Shown here piece after piece: positions 27,535-37,438 of a stretch of DNA of 64,000 bases. Position 1 is the stretch's first letter; the number at the start of each line of letters is the position of its first letter. Source of the stretch: Gemmatimonadota bacterium (lineage in GTDB: Bacteria; Gemmatimonadota; Gemmatimonadetes; Gemmatimonadales; GWC2-71-9). Under the pieces are notes generated by a model. It did not search any database. It had not been told where the DNA came from and saw only the letters and a list, made by a program, of their open reading frames with translations. The stretch is from positions 153 through 64,152 of the forward strand of contig JBGPLG010000013.1 of the NCBI GenBank assembly GCA_041486305.1, read 5' to 3'. The position numbers and the translations under genes were made by a program.

Positions 27535-28104
27535 ATGACTGCAATCCGTGCGCTTCGCTTGACCGCTCTCGCCGCCATCGCCCTGATCGGTGTGGCGCGG
27601 CCCGATTTCTCATATGCCCGCCAGACCCCAGGCGATGACCCCGGCGCCGGACCGGTCCTCGCCAAGCTCAAGGAGAAGGACGCCGGGATGGAGAAGGTCC
27701 TCGCCGACGCCGCCGGCTACGCGGTCTTCCCGTCGGTCGGCAAGGCCGCCGTCGGGGTCGGCGGAGCCCACGGCAAGGGTGTGGTCTATGAGCACGGCAA
27801 GAAGATCGGGCGCTCGACGCTCACCCAAGTGACCGTCGGCCTGCAGCTGGGCGGCCAGGAGTACAGTGAGGTGGTGATCTTCAAGGATCAGGCGGCGCTC
27901 GACAACTTCAAGAAGGGTCGCCTCAAGCTCAATGGCCAGGCATCCGCCATCGCGGTGAAGGAGCGGGTGTCGGTCGATCTGGCGTATCGGGATGGCGTGG
28001 CCATCGTGACGATGGCCAAGGGCGGCCTGATGTACGAGGCCTCGGTGGGAGGCCAGAAGTTCTCGTTCACGCCCAACCCGGCCGCGGTCGGACAAAAGCC
28101 CTGA
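27535..28104 (+). CDS. YSC84/SYLF lipid-binding domain protein, secreted
   Basis: YAVFPSVGKAA.GVGGAHGKG, GLQLGGQ, GGLMYEASVGGQKF; AGGAG RBS upstream of ATG 27535. Confidence 0.8.
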   Translation: MTAIRALRLTALAAIALIGVARPDFSYARQTPGDDPGAGPVLAKLKEKDAGMEKVLADAAGYAVFPSVGKAAVGVGGAHGKGVVYEHGKKIGRSTLTQVTVGLQLGGQEYSEVVIFKDQAALDNFKKGRLKLNGQASAIAVKERVSVDLAYRDGVAIVTMAKGGLMYEASVGGQKFSFTPNPAAVGQKP

Positions 28105-28124
28105 GCACTGAACCCGCGCAGCAG

Positions 28125-28163
28125 CCGGAGCCTCCGTCCCGACCTTCGGGACGGAGGCTCCGG
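28125..28163. terminator. Perfect 18-bp-stem hairpin between convergent genes (bidirectional terminator candidate)
   Basis: CCGGAGCCTCCGTCCCGA / CCT / TCGGGACGGAGGCTCCGG. Confidence 0.75.
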
Positions 28164-28167
28164 GGTT

Positions 28168-30207
28168 TCAGGCCCGCAGCACCACGATCGACGACACCTC
28201 CCGCAACGCGGTGGTGAGCTGCTCCAGCCATTTCACCACATCCTCGACCCGATCCGGCCCCAGGATCCCCTTCCCGCCCACTCTGCGCTGACTGATGGTG
28301 AGCACCCGCCCCACCTGCGCGTAGGTGAGCGTGAGTGTGCCGAACGGGCCGGTCAGCGCGACGTTCTTCGGGAGCTGGGCCTTCCAGCCCCCGGGCATCG
28401 TCACATTGAGCACAACCTCGCCGCTGGCGTTGCCTCCCACCAGGGCGGCATCGATCGGGAAGCGCCGCGGGGTCCTGGCCCGGAGCTCGGCGATCAGCGG
28501 CTTGACGTCTCCCGGCGCGCCCAGGAAGGGCAGCGAGAGAATCGCGGCCCCGCCGGCCAGCTGCGCGGCCCGACCGTTGCGGACCGTGAAGCCGATGCGG
28601 AACGGCCCGCCGTGGGTTGTTTCGTCGGTGAAAGTGAGGCTGTCGCCCTCGGATTCGTGGTAGACGCTGCTCGCGATGCGGCGCAGGTACTGCGCCTTCG
28701 CGGTGGAATCCATCGGCTCCCGTTCCAGCGCCGTGCGCATCGCATCGCCGGAGGAGCCGTTCATGGCCATCTCCACCTTCGCGTTGCCGAAGCCGGCGGT
28801 GTCGAGCACCGCCGCCACCGTCACCCGGCTGGCCACCTGACCGTCATCCTTCTCCGGGGTGACGACCTCCTCGGTCCTGCCGTCGGGACGCACCACCAGC
28901 ACGAACTGGCCCTGGTCGACGCCGGGAAGGCTGCCCCACGGCACATCTCCCGCGGTCAGGTCCACGAAAATCCGGCCACCGGGACGCTCGACCGCGGCAA
29001 TCGCGTGGTTGAACTGCGAGATCGTGGGCAGGCCGCGCTCCACCCGACCGCCCGCGGAGAGCAGCACCGGATAGGCGGTGACGCCCAGCCGCTTGGCCAG
29101 CGTGATGAACAGCGTCGCCTTGTCCTTGCAGTCGCCGTAGCCGGTGGCCACCACGTCGGCGGCCGAGCGGGGCTGATAGCCGCCCATGCCGAGCGAGATG
29201 GCGACATAGCGGACGTCCTGCGACACGTACTTGTGGATCGCTTTGATCGAGTCCTCCAGCGTACGGGCGCCCTGGACCAGCACGGCGAGCTTGCGGTCCA
29301 CCGCGGGGGTCACGGCGTAGCGGTCCCGGGCCAGGCCGGCGTACCAGCTCCCGATGTCCTGCCAGGACGAGGGAGCGCTGATGTTGATCGACATGTCCAC
29401 GCCGTTGGAGTCGGCGGCGAAGAGCTCGGGCTCGATCTTGGGGACATCCTGCGTCGCCCAGGTGACTAGCCGGCGCCCGGCGGCTTCGACGGTCACCGGC
29501 TTGAAGGTGAGGTTCTTGGCCACGACCTTGGGCTCGAAGCCGACCGGGGTGTCGAGCATCAGCCGGGAGCGGCGGACCAGCAGCCCCGGATTCACCCGCC
29601 AGGGAGCGAAGAAATCGCCGGCCCGGAACGGCTTGAGCTCTTCCAGGGTGTAGCTGTAGTCCACGATGGTGCCGGGCCGCACGTTGGGCAGTGAGATGCG
29701 GCGCACCTTCTGCTCGACGTAGGACGGATCGCCCATCGCGGCGGGGATATCGGCGTCCTGGGTGATGCCCGGCTTGTCGCTGATGACGGTGCCGTCCGGC
29801 CGAACCACCCTGGCCCAGTTGAGCGTGAGCTTCTGGTGGCGAGGCTCGAAGGAGAACGAGAGCTCGGCCCACTGGTCGATGGCGTCCTCCTTGAGGACCT
29901 GGACCACTTGCCGATAGGTGCGGCTGCCCCGGCCGTCGGCCTCGAAGCGCAGCACCCCGTCGTCCAGGAGGTATACGAACGGCTCCCGGGGGTACTTGGC
30001 CGAATCGACGGCCAGCGCGTATAGCGTGTCGGGGGCCAGGCGGACAGCCGGCCGCGGCGCGGAACGAGCTCCCGGTACGCCCGTAACACCGGTCAGTGCG
30101 AGAATTGCGGAAGTGGTACGCAGCACCAAAACGCTCCAATCGAGAATGACCCAATTTAACGGCTTGGCGGCGGGGCAGCACTTTCGCGCCACCACCGCCG
30201 CCGTCAT
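28168..30207 (-). CDS. DUF3857 + transglutaminase-like domain protein (start uncertain, possibly near 30129)
   Basis: GTIVDYSY, VRYVAISLG, GYGDCKDKATL (Cys), FNHAI (His), DLT (Asp). Confidence 0.82.
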   Translation of the reverse strand: MTAAVVARKCCPAAKPLNWVILDWSVLVLRTTSAILALTGVTGVPGARSAPRPAVRLAPDTLYALAVDSAKYPREPFVYLLDDGVLRFEADGRGSRTYRQVVQVLKEDAIDQWAELSFSFEPRHQKLTLNWARVVRPDGTVISDKPGITQDADIPAAMGDPSYVEQKVRRISLPNVRPGTIVDYSYTLEELKPFRAGDFFAPWRVNPGLLVRRSRLMLDTPVGFEPKVVAKNLTFKPVTVEAAGRRLVTWATQDVPKIEPELFAADSNGVDMSINISAPSSWQDIGSWYAGLARDRYAVTPAVDRKLAVLVQGARTLEDSIKAIHKYVSQDVRYVAISLGMGGYQPRSAADVVATGYGDCKDKATLFITLAKRLGVTAYPVLLSAGGRVERGLPTISQFNHAIAAVERPGGRIFVDLTAGDVPWGSLPGVDQGQFVLVVRPDGRTEEVVTPEKDDGQVASRVTVAAVLDTAGFGNAKVEMAMNGSSGDAMRTALEREPMDSTAKAQYLRRIASSVYHESEGDSLTFTDETTHGGPFRIGFTVRNGRAAQLAGGAAILSLPFLGAPGDVKPLIAELRARTPRRFPIDAALVGGNASGEVVLNVTMPGGWKAQLPKNVALTGPFGTLTLTYAQVGRVLTISQRRVGGKGILGPDRVEDVVKWLEQLTTALREVSSIVVLRA

Positions 30208-30231
30208 CGGTTACAGGTCAAGGCTCACTGC

Positions 30232-30282
30232 TTACCGATCTCTACCGCTACTGGCTATTCGCTACTCGCTAGCCGGTGGCTA
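30232..30282 (-). repeat. Degenerate heptamer tandem array downstream of the lon stop
   Basis: Minus strand ...CGGCTAG CGAGTAG CGAATAG CCAGTAG CGGTAG... Confidence 0.7.
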
Positions 30283-32826
30283 GTGATACCCCGCCGACAG
30301 CGGCTGCACGTCACGGGGACTCTCTTCGCCGAAGAGGAGGCGTCCCTCGCGGAACGAGGCGCCGCGCAGGGTCAGGGCGAGCACCTCGCCCAGCTCCTGC
30401 ACCGGGAAGATCTGCATCTTGGCCCGGACGGCCGCCGGCAGGTCTTCCAGATCGGCCTCGTTCTCCTTCGGAATCAGCACCCGGATGATGCCGGCCCGCT
30501 CGGCACCCAGGATCTTTTCCTTGAGTCCACCGATGGGCAGCACCCGTCCCCGGAGGGTGATCTCGCCGGTCATGGCGATGTCGTGACTCGCCGGCCGGCC
30601 CGACATGGCCGAGATGAGCGCCGTGGCCATGGTCACTCCCGCCGACGGCCCATCCTTGGGAATGGCGCCCGCCGGTACGTGGATATGGACGTCGCGGCTG
30701 AACATCTCGTCGGGAATCCGGAGCGCCGCCGCGTGGGAGCGGGCGTAGGTCCATGCGGCCCGCGCACTTTCCTTCATGACGTCGCCCAGCTGCCCGGTCA
30801 GGACCAGCTCGCCCTTGCCCGGCATGGTGGAAGCCTCCACGAACATGATGTCGCCGCCGACCGGGCTGTAGTACATCCCGGTGGCCACGCCGGTGGCATC
30901 CTGGCGCGCCGCCTTCTCGGGATGGACCTTGGGCCGGCCCAGGAGCTCGTTCATCATGGTCGCGTCGATGGCGACCTCCGAGGCGCCGTCGGCCGCGAAC
31001 CGCCGGGCGATCTTTCGGGCCACCTTCGAGATCTCTCGCTCCAGCTGGCGGACCCCGGACTCACGGGTGTACCCGCTGATGATTTCCCGGAGCGCCTCGT
31101 CGGTGATGCTGACCGGCCGGCCGATCAGCCCGTTTTCCTCCAGCTGGCGCGGGATCAGGTAGCGTCGGGCGATCTCCTGCTTCTCCGCCTCGGTGTAGCC
31201 CGAGAACTCCACCACTTCCATCCGGTCCAGCAGCGCGCCGGGGATGTTCTGGAGGAAGTTGGCCGTGGCGATGAACAGCACCTCCGAGAGGTCGAACGGC
31301 ACCCCGAGGTAGTGGTCGGTGAAGCTGTCGTTCTGGGCCGGGTCCAGCACCTCGAGCAGCGCCGAGGCGGGGTCGCCCTGGAAGGAGACGCCGAGCTTGT
31401 CCACCTCGTCCAGGAGGAAGACCGGGTTCTTGGTGCCGGCCTGCTTGAGGCCCTGGATGATCCGGCCGGGCATCGCGCCGACATAGGTGCGGCGGTGGCC
31501 GCGGATGTCGGCCTCATCGCGGGCGCCGCCCAGCGAGATCCGCACGTACTTCCGTCCCATCGAGCGGGCGATCGACTTCGCCAGACTGGTCTTGCCGACC
31601 CCGGGAGGGCCGACAAAGAGCAGGATCGGGCCCTTCGAGGACTTGGTTTCGGGGTCGCGCTTCGGGTCCACGGCCGGGGCTGGAGGAGGCGTGCCGGCCG
31701 CTTCCGCCACCGACGCGGGAACCGCCGCCGCGGGCGCGGCCGCGGGATGTTCGGCGGTGGGGTGCTCCGCCGTGGTCGCGGTGCGGGCGCGCTCCGCCTC
31801 CTGGCGCAGTTGTCGCACCGCCAGGAACTCGAGAATCCGGTCCTTCACGTCTCCCAGGGCGTAGTGATCGGCCTCGAGTATGTCTGAGGCTTCCTTGAGA
31901 TCGAGGTGTTCCACGCTCCGGGTGTTCCAGGGCAGCTCGGAGATGGTCTCCAGGTAGTTCCGGATGACCTGGGTCTCCATGGACTCGCGCCCGATCCGGT
32001 CCAGCCGGCCCAGCTCCCGATCCACTTCCTTGCGGGCTTCCGGGGTCAGCTCGAGCGACGCCAGTTTCTGGCGCAGCTCTTCCAGCTCGTCGGCCTCGTC
32101 CTCTTCGCCGAGCTCCTTGCGGATCTGTTTCATCTGCTCGCGGAGGAACATCTCCCGCTGCCGCTCGCCCAGCTCCTCCTGGACCTGGGACTTGATGTCT
32201 TCCTGCGCATCCAGCACGGCGATCTGGCGCTGGACCAGCACCAGCACCCGGCGCAGCCGCTCCTCGACCGAGAGGGCCTCCAGCAGGCCCTGCCGCTGCG
32301 GCGCGGGAATATCGATGTAGCCCGCCACCAGGTCGGCAAACCGGCCCGGATCATTGACACCGTTCAGTACCTGCTGGACCACCTCTTCCGGAAGCCCGGA
32401 CTTCTGCCCCAGCTCGGAGGCGCGCTGACGCACCTCGCGATACAGTCCCACGAACGCCGGATCCTCCGGTGACAGGGGCGCCATCTCTTCCGCCTCGCGG
32501 ACGATGGCCTCCATGTACCCGTTCTTCTCGGAAACGTGCATCACGATGCCGCGCCGCTCGCCGTGCAGCAAGAGCTGCATTCCGGCCAGCCCGCGCTGCA
32601 GCTGCCCGACCTTGGCGATGGTGCCGATCGTGTAGAGACCCTCGGAGGTGACCTGCTCGGTGTTCTCGCGCTGGCAGATGGCGAACACGAGGTGGTCGGG
32701 TGTGGCCAACGCCGCTTCGATTGCCCGCACCGTACCCGGCCGGCCGGCGCCGATCGAGGTCGTGACTCCCGGAAGGAGCACCACGTCGCGCAGCGGGAGG
32801 ACCGGGAGGGTCAGTCGTTCAGTCAT
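30280..32826 (-). CDS. lon: ATP-dependent Lon protease
   Basis: [51 protein letters not shown] (Ser), GGLKEK (Lys). Confidence 0.97.
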   Translation of the reverse strand: MTERLTLPVLPLRDVVLLPGVTTSIGAGRPGTVRAIEAALATPDHLVFAICQRENTEQVTSEGLYTIGTIAKVGQLQRGLAGMQLLLHGERRGIVMHVSEKNGYMEAIVREAEEMAPLSPEDPAFVGLYREVRQRASELGQKSGLPEEVVQQVLNGVNDPGRFADLVAGYIDIPAPQRQGLLEALSVEERLRRVLVLVQRQIAVLDAQEDIKSQVQEELGERQREMFLREQMKQIRKELGEEDEADELEELRQKLASLELTPEARKEVDRELGRLDRIGRESMETQVIRNYLETISELPWNTRSVEHLDLKEASDILEADHYALGDVKDRILEFLAVRQLRQEAERARTATTAEHPTAEHPAAAPAAAVPASVAEAAGTPPPAPAVDPKRDPETKSSKGPILLFVGPPGVGKTSLAKSIARSMGRKYVRISLGGARDEADIRGHRRTYVGAMPGRIIQGLKQAGTKNPVFLLDEVDKLGVSFQGDPASALLEVLDPAQNDSFTDHYLGVPFDLSEVLFIATANFLQNIPGALLDRMEVVEFSGYTEAEKQEIARRYLIPRQLEENGLIGRPVSITDEALREIISGYTRESGVRQLEREISKVARKIARRFAADGASEVAIDATMMNELLGRPKVHPEKAARQDATGVATGMYYSPVGGDIMFVEASTMPGKGELVLTGQLGDVMKESARAAWTYARSHAAALRIPDEMFSRDVHIHVPAGAIPKDGPSAGVTMATALISAMSGRPASHDIAMTGEITLRGRVLPIGGLKEKILGAERAGIIRVLIPKENEADLEDLPAAVRAKMQIFPVQELGEVLALTLRGASFREGRLLFGEESPRDVQPLSAGYH

Positions 32827-33184
32827 TTCGGTTGCCTTTCATGCTAACGGGACGTTCCATGGCCGGTGCGGCACACGGAGCGCCCCGAGGATGCCCGTGG
32901 AGGGGCATGGTCGATGCCATAGGTCCCTTCGCGGAGCAATGTGGGCTATCAGCCATCCGTTGATACACTTACGCCGCCCGGGAGACTGAAATAACGCCCC
33001 CAAGGGGCTCTCGGAGCCATGCCAAAACGACCTGGCGAGCCGACTTGGCATATTCCCGGGGTCCGCGGTGACGTCGTTCGGTTGGACCCGGCAGGGCTGA
33101 AACGTGGTTGCCCTGCGGACAATTATCCGACAAATTGGTAAGCTGTTGTACGAACATCGTTTCTGACGCGAGACCCATGGTCGA

Positions 33185-35125
33185 ATGACCGGTCCAACCG
33201 ACATTAACGAGCGGCCTCTCGCGCAGCGCCTCAAGGAGGCGCTGGGCGATGTTTACACACTCGAAGGAGAAATCGGCCGCGGCGGGATGGGCGTCGTGTA
33301 CCGGGCCCGCGACGAACGGCTCCATCGGCGTGTCGCCATCAAAGTGCTCCCGCCGGAGCTGGCCTTTCAGAAAGAAATCCGCGAGCGATTCACCCGCGAG
33401 GCGCAGACCGCCGCCAGGCTGTCGCATCCCCATATCGTCCCGATCCACGATGTCGGCCAGGGCGCCGGCATCGTGTACTTCATCATGGGGCTGGTCGAGG
33501 GCGAGTCGCTCGGCGGGCGCCTCAAGCGCCGGGGCAAGCTTCCCCCCGACGAGGTCCGGCGCATCATGAAGGAGACCGCCGATGCGCTCTCCGCCGCCCA
33601 TGCCGTCTCGGTGATTCACCGGGACATCAAACCGGACAACATCCTGCTCGAGGGCACCCGCGGCCGGGTCATGGTCACGGACTTCGGTATCGCGAAGGCG
33701 GTCTCGCAGACCTCGAGCGCCACGCTCACCGGGGTCGGAGTGGCCATCGGCACTCCCCAGTACATGAGCCCGGAGCAGGCCGCCGGCGAGCGGGAAATCG
33801 ACGGTCGCTCCGACCTCTATTCACTGGGCGTCGTCGCCTACCAGATGACCAGCGGCCAGCTCCCGTTCAACGCACCGACGGTCGCCGGCATTCTGATGAA
33901 GCAGATCACCGAGCCCGCGCCGATTCTCCACGAGACCCTCGACGGGGTTCCGGAGGATCTCTCGCTCGCGATTGCGCGGTGCCTGGAGAAGGACCCCGAG
34001 AACCGGTGGCCCACCGCCGACGCGCTGCGTCGCTCGCTGGAGAGCCGGACCGTCACTGGGTACCGGCCCACCGCCGCCGTGCCGCGCGCGCCCTCGCGCA
34101 AGAGCCCGGCGGGGACCCGCCCCCGGCCCAACTCGCCCTCGGAGCGGCCCCGGCTGCCGGCCGGCCCCGGCGCCCCGCTCGCCCCGCGGAGTCCGAGACC
34201 GGGGCCGGGCGGGCGCGGGTATGGCGGGATGGCGCGGGGAGGCAGCATTGCCGGCGGGAAGTGGGTGAGGAACGACCGGGGCGAGTGGGTCCGTGCCGAC
34301 GACTCGGGTGACCTGGGACTGACCGATACCGGCGAGCCGCGGGTGGTGCAGAAGGTCCGGGGCCAGTTCGCCAAGTGGGCCGCGGCAACCGGCGGCTGTT
34401 TCCTGCTCAACCTCGCCACCGGCATCACCAACGGGCCCTGGTTCCTGTTCGTGGCCGCCGGCTTCGGCTTCCCGCTGCTTAAGAGCTACTCCCAGCTCTG
34501 GCAAGCCGGCTACAGCTGGCGCGACGTGCTGAACCCGCCCCCCGCCGCCGACGCGATCAGGATTCCCGGGGCCAAGGGCCGCAAGGCGCTGGCCGCCCCG
34601 GTGGCCGCGGAGCTGGGCGTGTACTACGACCGGATGAACCACATCCTCGACGACCGGAAGAACATCCTCCGGATGATGCAGCAGCTGCCCGAAGCGGATC
34701 GGAAGCAGCTGCCGGAGGTCGTGGAAACCGCCGAGCGCCTCTACGAGTCGGCCTCCGACCTGGCCCGGACGCTCAACGATATGGACCAGAGCTTCGGCAC
34801 CGGCGCGACCGACCGGATCAAGGCCCAGCTCGACATGCTCACGCTTCGGGAAGACAGCGAGGAGCGCAACCGGCAGATCGGCATCCTGGAGCGCCAGGTG
34901 AAGACCGCCACCGAGCTTTCGGCCAAGCGGGACGCCCTGCTCCAGCGCTTCGAATCGAGCGAGCTGGCGATGCGGAACCTCCGGCTCGACCTGATCAAGC
35001 TGCGCACCGGCGGGATCGGCGCGCTGAACGACGTCACCAGCGCCACCCAGCAAGCTCGCGCGATCTCGCGCGACGTCGAAAACCTCACCGCCGCCGCGAG
35101 CGAGATTCGCGAGGCGATGGGGTGA
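33185..35125 (+). CDS. Membrane-associated Hanks-type Ser/Thr kinase with a 2TM segment and coiled-coil C-terminus
   Basis: GRGGMG, VAIK, HRDIKPDN, DFG, GTPQYMSPEQ; Pro-rich linker; 2 TM helices. Confidence 0.92.
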   Translation: MTGPTDINERPLAQRLKEALGDVYTLEGEIGRGGMGVVYRARDERLHRRVAIKVLPPELAFQKEIRERFTREAQTAARLSHPHIVPIHDVGQGAGIVYFIMGLVEGESLGGRLKRRGKLPPDEVRRIMKETADALSAAHAVSVIHRDIKPDNILLEGTRGRVMVTDFGIAKAVSQTSSATLTGVGVAIGTPQYMSPEQAAGEREIDGRSDLYSLGVVAYQMTSGQLPFNAPTVAGILMKQITEPAPILHETLDGVPEDLSLAIARCLEKDPENRWPTADALRRSLESRTVTGYRPTAAVPRAPSRKSPAGTRPRPNSPSERPRLPAGPGAPLAPRSPRPGPGGRGYGGMARGGSIAGGKWVRNDRGEWVRADDSGDLGLTDTGEPRVVQKVRGQFAKWAAATGGCFLLNLATGITNGPWFLFVAAGFGFPLLKSYSQLWQAGYSWRDVLNPPPAADAIRIPGAKGRKALAAPVAAELGVYYDRMNHILDDRKNILRMMQQLPEADRKQLPEVVETAERLYESASDLARTLNDMDQSFGTGATDRIKAQLDMLTLREDSEERNRQIGILERQVKTATELSAKRDALLQRFESSELAMRNLRLDLIKLRTGGIGALNDVTSATQQARAISRDVENLTAAASEIREAMG

Positions 35126-35934
35126 CCTCGCCGGGCACTCCATTCGACAACAGGGACTACTGGGAATCACGGCTCCGGGAGCACTATTCGCTCGCGGGGG
35201 TCGGTTACCTGCGACTGGGACGCCGGTTCAACCAATGGATGTACAACGTGCGGGGAGGGGTGTTCGATCGGGTCGTCGGAGGATTGGGGAGCGAGTGGAA
35301 CGGGGCTTCGGTCCTCGACGTGGGCGCGGGCACCGGTTTCTATGTGGATCGCTGGAAGCGGCTGGGCGCCAGGGTCACCGGGCTCGACCTCACCGACGTC
35401 GCCGTGGAGGAGCTGTCCCGCTGCTTTCCGGGCAGCCGCTTCGTGCGCGCCGATATCGGAGGCTCCGACCCGATCCCCCTGCGCGCCGCCTCGTTCGACG
35501 CGATTTCGGCCTTCGACGTGCTCTTTCACATCGTCGATGACGTTGCCTATGGACGCGCCTTCCGGAACATCGCCGCGCTCCTCCGGCCGGGTGGCTGGTT
35601 TCTCTGGTCCGACAACTTCCTGCGCCATGACACCGAACGGGTGAGACACCAGGCCAGCCGGCCGCTGGCCGAAAGCGTCCGATTGGTGGAAGCGGCAGGC
35701 CTTACCGTGGTGAATCGGGTGCCGATGTTCGTGCTGATGAACTACCCGGCCGACACGCGGTCCCGGATGGCCCGGTGGGCCTGGACCGCGATGGTCGCTC
35801 CCGCGATGCTGGGAGAGCCGCTTGGCTGGGCGCTGGGCGCGGCCCTCTACCCCATCGAGCGGATGCTGGTTCGTGCCAAACGCGAGAGCCCGAGCACCGA
35901 GCTGATGGTATGTCGCCGGGCCGGCGGCGCCTGA
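35122..35934 (+). CDS. Class I SAM-dependent methyltransferase
   Basis: VLDVGAGTG, GLDLT, ADIG, FDVLFHI; GTGA overlap with the kinase. Confidence 0.88.
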   Translation: MTSPGTPFDNRDYWESRLREHYSLAGVGYLRLGRRFNQWMYNVRGGVFDRVVGGLGSEWNGASVLDVGAGTGFYVDRWKRLGARVTGLDLTDVAVEELSRCFPGSRFVRADIGGSDPIPLRAASFDAISAFDVLFHIVDDVAYGRAFRNIAALLRPGGWFLWSDNFLRHDTERVRHQASRPLAESVRLVEAAGLTVVNRVPMFVLMNYPADTRSRMARWAWTAMVAPAMLGEPLGWALGAALYPIERMLVRAKRESPSTELMVCRRAGGA

Positions 35935-35949
35935 CGTGGAGACCACCGC

Positions 35950-37434
35950 ATGAATTGCCACCCTTGCCGGGTCCTGGCCCTGCTGGCCATGACCCCCGTC
36001 CTGCCGGCGCGAGCACAGACGCTGCCCGCCCGCCTCGATTCGATCGTCAGACAGGTCATCGCGCGGGAGCACGTGGCGGGCGCCTCGGTGCTGGTGCGCA
36101 GGAATGCCACCGTGTTGCTGCATCAGGGCTACGGATTTGCCGATCTCGGCCTCGAGGCGCCGTCCCGGAAGGAGACGGTGTACCACGTGGTGGGCCCGAT
36201 GCTCCCGTTCACGGGAGTAGCGGTGCTGCAGCTGGTCGAGCGCGGCAAGCTGGCGCTCGACGACGACGTCTCCCTCTACATCCCCGAGTTCCCGATGCAG
36301 GGGCACCGGGTCAGCGTCCGGCAACTGCTGAACCACACCTCGGGCATCGTGGACTACCACTATCTGGGAGACCCGATCGACGCCACCAGCCGCCAGCCCA
36401 AGGCGCTCGACGAGGTGATGGCGCTCTACGCCGGCAAGCAGTGGGTCAACGAGCCGGGAACCCGGTGGGACTGGTCCATTTCGGGGTTCCAGCTCCTGGT
36501 GACGGTCGTGGAGCGGGTCTCGGGGCAGCGCTTCGACGACTATGTCCGCCAGAACATCTTCGAGCCGGCGGGCCTCATCAGCACCACCTACTGCGACGAC
36601 TATTCCCTGGCGCGGAACCTCTCCCACGCGTACCGGCGGTTCGAGGGAGGATTCGTCCCGGCCAACGAGAACGACATGGCCTACAACGCCGACCTGCGTT
36701 TCTGCAGCACGGTGGAGGATCTGGCCCGCCTCTGGTCCGCCCTCCAAACCGGCAAGCTGCTCCGACCCGACATCGTGCGGCAGATGCAGACCGCCGAGGG
36801 TGCCGCCATCCTGATGAGCGCCCAGGATTCGATGGCCCACTACGGACTGGCCCTGACGATCAACCACGAGGACGCCCACGTCCGGATCGGGCAGCACGGC
36901 TCACTCTTCGGTTACAGCGGAAGCCTGTACGATTTTCCGGGAGACTCGCTCACTATCGTGGTCCTGACCAATACCGAGGGCCAGAATGCCTACGCCATCA
37001 CCCGCGCGCTGGCCCGCGCCGTCCTTGGCCTGGAGCCGCTCCCGGCGGCGCCGGCGGCGGCCGAGCGGCGCCTGGGGGATGCGCTGGTGCCTCCGGACGA
37101 GCGCAAGGGACTGAGCGGGACCTACGTGCTCAAACTCGACCGGCTCAACCTCGGGCTGCACGATTCCTACGCCCAGTATCGGCGGACCTATCGGGTGTTC
37201 GACGAGAATGGCCGGCTGATGATCCAGGTGCTGGGCGAAGGCCCCGAACGGCTGCTCAAGCAGGACGACGGGACCTTCGCGATCCGGTCCTCGCCGAGGA
37301 GCCGCTTCTCGTTCGAGAAAGAGCAGGGCCGGGCAGTGAAGCTGCTGCTGGACTCGCAGGGATTCGGGGTTCCGTTGTCCGGCGCCCGGGTGGGCGACGG
37401 TGATCCCGTGACCTTCCACCTGCAGCGGCCGTAG
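35950..37434 (+). CDS. Beta-lactamase-fold (serine hydrolase) protein lacking the catalytic motifs
   Basis: GYGFAD, GKLALDD, RQLLNHTSGI, EPGTRW; the SxxK position reads GPML and the YxN position reads WSI. Confidence 0.8.
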   Translation: MNCHPCRVLALLAMTPVLPARAQTLPARLDSIVRQVIAREHVAGASVLVRRNATVLLHQGYGFADLGLEAPSRKETVYHVVGPMLPFTGVAVLQLVERGKLALDDDVSLYIPEFPMQGHRVSVRQLLNHTSGIVDYHYLGDPIDATSRQPKALDEVMALYAGKQWVNEPGTRWDWSISGFQLLVTVVERVSGQRFDDYVRQNIFEPAGLISTTYCDDYSLARNLSHAYRRFEGGFVPANENDMAYNADLRFCSTVEDLARLWSALQTGKLLRPDIVRQMQTAEGAAILMSAQDSMAHYGLALTINHEDAHVRIGQHGSLFGYSGSLYDFPGDSLTIVVLTNTEGQNAYAITRALARAVLGLEPLPAAPAAAERRLGDALVPPDERKGLSGTYVLKLDRLNLGLHDSYAQYRRTYRVFDENGRLMIQVLGEGPERLLKQDDGTFAIRSSPRSRFSFEKEQGRAVKLLLDSQGFGVPLSGARVGDGDPVTFHLQRP

Positions 37435-37438
37435 TCGC

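Noticed and set aside
31660-31790. Ala/Pro-rich insertion in Lon ([16 protein letters not shown]...)
   Set aside because: Low-complexity insertions at this position before the Walker A region are common in Lon and the frame is intact
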